NCBI GenBank assembly: GCA_900088475.1
Contig: FLMG01000462.1
Coordinates: 1 to 41,625, forward strand
Source of the DNA: Hyphochytrium catenoides
Taxonomy: Eukaryota; Protista; Hyphochytriomycota
Length of the DNA: 41,625 nucleotides
Direction: 5' to 3'
Under the pieces are notes generated by a model. It saw nothing but the letters and a program-made list of their open reading frames with translations, was not told the origin of the DNA and searched no databases. Of this stretch, positions 38,001 to 41,625 are shown piece after piece (the first letter of the stretch is position 1; the number at the start of each line of letters is the position of its first letter). The translations under genes and the position numbers were made by a program.

Positions 38001-40807
38001 TCTTGCCGTATGATGAGCAAATCTACCAGTTCTTTGCCAAGATTCTTCTCTGCTGTCCTTAGCTCAGACTCTAGATCATGCCGAGCTTTCTTCCATTTTC
38101 TCATCCTCTCCTTCATGTACTTCTCATGCTTCTCCCGCTCTCGCTGCATTTAACTTTGGTCAGGAGAGACTAAATGAGATGCTTCCTTAGTAAAGATCTA
38201 GTAGTACCTCTCTTCTTTGCTCATGCTCGGCCTTCTCTGCCCTCAGCTGATGTTCAAACGTTGTCCTTTGATACTCAATCTCCTTTTGCAGACCCTGCAT
38301 CCAATTGAGATTAGAGCTGCCTTCAAACTGGGTTTTTAACTTGTTCCAGCTACTTTCTGCTCCACTTGACGCTTTCCCCTCAGGCCACAGATTGTGTTCA
38401 ACATAAGCCGTCACCTGAAGTTCTTTCTCTAGATTGAGTCTTCTTTCCGTCACTGCGTCTTCTCTCTCTTTGGAGGTCGACTCCTGCTCTTGGGTCTCTA
38501 ACGGCTCCAGGTCGAGATCGTCAAGGTCATGGATTTCGCGGAGATCACTTGGTCGGAACTCTGTAAAGACCTGGAAGAGGGAGACTATGGATTGAGAGGG
38601 CGTCCCAAGGGAGAGGGGAACAGACAAGTGAACAAGACCCAGCACGATGGGCACTGGATCCCTTCAAAGCGGATGCGGCATCAAATATGATACTTGCCTC
38701 ATCTTCGTCCTCATCGTCCTCTTCCTCCTCGCTCACTTCCGCTGTAAATTTGCCATACCGTGAGCCTCTGCGTTTCTGATCAATTAACCGTTTTTCATTT
38801 TTGCCACTGCTGAAGCTCCAACGCTCTCCAGAGTGCTTTGAGTCTGACCCTGTCTTCGGTCCCTTGAGAAGGCAAGTCAAGACAATGATCAAGAAGGAGA
38901 GAGCGGAGAGTGTGGGAGGGACAGGAATGAGAGTACGCTAAGTCTCATGCTGAGATCAAAGAGATAAGACAGAGTCAAGCTCACGGTGTGACTCAAGGAT
39001 TCGCTGCCACTCTGCTCATCCTGGGAAGTGAATATTGGGGGAAGGAGTTGCCAAAGTTAGTCCTTGCTCACACATATCTTCTGACTAACGATGAGCCCGC
39101 GAAGAGCTTTACCTCTTTGTCCAAGGAGTTGCTAGAGGCTCGACGAGTGTCCGTCGAGAAACTGACCCGGAGCTGCTCCCCCGAGCTCTTGGACTTGAAG
39201 CTTCCGGCCTCTGCGTCATGGAGCTGTCCCAGCTGTACTCCTGTCTGCACCTAGAGTGCCGGCAGTGCGGCCACAAGAGATAAAGCAATTCAGAGCCAAA
39301 GCTTTGTGAAGGAAAAGAAAACATTAGGTGGAAGAGAGAGAACGAAGGAGATGCCATCCGAGAAAGGAAACGGAAACATGGCCAAATGCCAGAAGAATAG
39401 ATAATGATATCCCTTCAAGTTCCACGTCTGAGCTTCATTCACGAGTGTAAGGCGACGAACGGTCTCGGAGAGAAGGAAAACGCGCCAAACAACTCAATCG
39501 GAGAGGTGCGCTCTGAAGCGAGCGGATTTGGCTGTGTCAGACCTCAGAGTTTGTCGTCCCCGTCAAGTGCTCTGCCGTGTCGGCGCTTCCAATGCTTGTC
39601 CTCTCCGAGCTCTTTCTATCAATCTTGCTAAGCGATGGGTCAACCTTTCTATTCTCTTCGCTTTCTTCACTCTTCGACTCATTTCCTCCCTCATCTCCGC
39701 TTGTTATCCTCTGTAGATTTTCATGACTCTCGCTTGCGGCGCCCTCTGCCCTGCGGGCGGCTGCCTCTCTCTTCTTCTGCTGGTAGAGGTTGCGATAGTA
39801 CTGACATGGCATTCGGCGAGCGGATGGCGGAAAGAAAGACAGAGAGTCAAGTCAGGTGGTGATCACCTTCGAGAGATGGAGAAGCCTTAAGCAGTTAAGA
39901 CCGAGGAATAGGGTACCTCGACGGAGAGAAGAGAAAGGAAGCACAGAAAACTAGCGAAGAGAAGGCCCCACACAGCAACACCAGGTAATGGCTAGATATA
40001 TACATAACACGACTGGAGAGAGAAAGAAAGAGAGAAGAGAGAGAGGGAGGCTTAACAGGGGCAAGGAAGGGAAAGGGGGAGAAGAGCCAGGCAACGGCAT
40101 GACCTACATGGCCTGTGGGGCCAGAGAGTCTAGCGCAGAGAGAGAGAAAAGAGAGACGGAGAGGAAAAAAGAGAATAAGAAGGAGAGAGAGAGAGAAGTT
40201 CAGGAAGGCAGAGGACAAGAAGAGGATGGAGGCTGCTTCACCTCGTCGCACGGGTGGTCCCACGTGGCCTCTCCCGTGACCACGTTCATATAATAGACCT
40301 CGTCCGTTTCAATGACCTTGCAAGGCTTCCAGTTGGGATGAAGTGGAGCCTGAGGAAGGCGAAGGTGGCGCAGACGGGAAGACAAAAGAAGCTCAGCCGT
40401 AGCAGCGAACAGAGTATGCCTTTATTACGAAGAGAAAGAGAGGAGAAGAGAGAGAGAAACAGGAGAGAGATGGCGAAAGGAAGCTTGAAGAACGGCTGAC
40501 GCAGGGCAGGAGGAGGCGGCAGGTTTAGAACTTGAGCCTATAACGTCACGAAGCGCCATAAAGAAGAAGGAGAGCGCTAGATGAATGACAACACCGCAAG
40601 AGTGATAGAAAAATAAAAGGAAGAGACAGAGCAACTATAGAGTAGAGAGCGGCCCTTGAGCGTAAGACAGAGAGCCTACAGTCTCCGGAGAGCGGAGAGA
40701 AAGAAAGAAAAAGAGGGGGAGGAGAGAGAGACAGAGAACAAAAATAGAGAGAGAGAGAGAGAGAGAGAGAAGAGAAAGAGGGAAAGAAAGAGAGAGAGGG
40801 AGGGAGG

Positions 40808-40838
<31 letters not shown>

Positions 40839-41139
40839 AGAGAGAAACGGTGATTCTGGTTACCTTCAGTCCATCACGTGCAATCCACAGAAGGTCCTTC
40901 TCATTCTCAACGTCGATGCCCAAGAACTTGGCATGCTCGACAATCTCTTCCTCCGTTGGCTCATAGTCAAGATCAATGACTTCTTCTAATATGACGCTGA
41001 AGGGCTGAGCCCTCTCGTTGTCATCCAGTTCTCCGTGAGCTTCTCTCTCCTCACCACTGCCTTCAGGCCCAACCTCTTCCTGAAGTTCTTCCTCCTCGCC
41101 CTCGTGATACATCTGTCGCTCGGCATGGCCGATCTTCAT
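32057..41139 (-). CDS. CEP164: CEP164-like centriolar distal-appendage protein: N-terminal helical + WW domain, then long coiled coil; ~32 exons
   Basis: VILEEVIDLDYEPTEEEIVEHAKFLGIDVENEKDLLWIARDGLK|APLHPNWKPCKVIETDEVYYMNVVTGEATWDHPCDE|YYRNLY matches the CEP164 N-terminal signature. Downstream E/K/R/Q/L-rich exons splice in frame to ...LKAAEFS* (TGA 32059-32057). Orthology rests on the N-terminus only. Confidence 0.85.
40690..40845. repeat. Intronic (GA)n-rich tract, representative of many in the window (e.g. 1490-1630, 4345-4377, 5645-5690, 6760-6840, 7570-7605, 28190-28330, 41450-41482, 41583-41625)
   Basis: Long imperfect GA dinucleotide runs read directly. Confidence 0.95.
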
Positions 41140-41450
41140 CTTTTCTCTCTACGGCAGCAGCAGCAGCAGCGTGTGGCCATTCAAGGAGGATAGCGGCGAT
41201 GGCTCCGTGGCCTCCTATGGCATATCGTGCAGCAACCAGACGGACGGACTCGTAGGTGCCCGGGCCAAGATGTGTTGCTTTGAAGGACGCATGCCCGCGG
41301 TGATACAGCGAAAGGCGTCTTTGGGGGCACTTCCCCAGGCAGTGTCAGGGACTACAGCGTGATCTTAAGGCGCTTCTGGGCCTACAAGGGCGCAGTTGTT
41401 TGGGCAAAGAGAGGACCTCTAGTGTCCCAAAGGCTAGCGTGTGCGCTATT

Positions 41451-41483
<33 letters not shown>

Positions 41484-41580
41484 TCTGCAGATGATCTTCC
41501 AGTTGATGAACTTCGGAGTCAAGGCAGGTCTCTGCCGGCGAAGGGGTAAAAGGAGCTTGAGAGGAGAGAGAGATGAGGGC

Positions 41581-41616
<36 letters not shown>

Positions 41617-41625
41617 AGACAGAGA

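Noticed and set aside
1-41625. Alternative genetic code or widespread non-canonical splicing
   Set aside because: All seven gene models translate with the standard code and GT-AG introns, apart from one optional GC donor.

Overview
Eukaryotic, intron-dense genomic DNA, probably a flagellated stramenopile (inferred from the H2A.Z tail, the RWP-RK protein and the CEP164-like gene). It is rich in (GA/TC)n microsatellites and has two assembly gaps. The ORF track is mostly misleading because the genes are spliced, so I stitched exons by hand using GT..AG boundaries and codon phase. Seven protein-coding genes result: (1) a 3'-partial LRR + ~10x IQ-motif + coiled-coil protein (-, 8562..<1); (2) NADPH:adrenodoxin oxidoreductase FDXR/ARH1 (-, 13025..9668); (3) an intronless OSTalpha/TMEM184-family membrane protein (-, 15270..14170); (4) histone chaperone HIRA (+, 16933..23460); (5) histone H2A.Z (-, 24696..24025); (6) an intronless RWP-RK transcription factor (-, 27841..26981); (7) a CEP164-like WW/coiled-coil protein (-, 41139..32057). 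I found no rRNA, tRNA, CRISPR array or intact transposon. No novel system can be demonstrated from sequence alone. The best leads are the HIRA/H2A.Z/RWP-RK/CEP164 neighbourhood, the LRR-IQ architecture with no visible F-box, and strand-polarised microsatellites, one of which encodes an LRR core.
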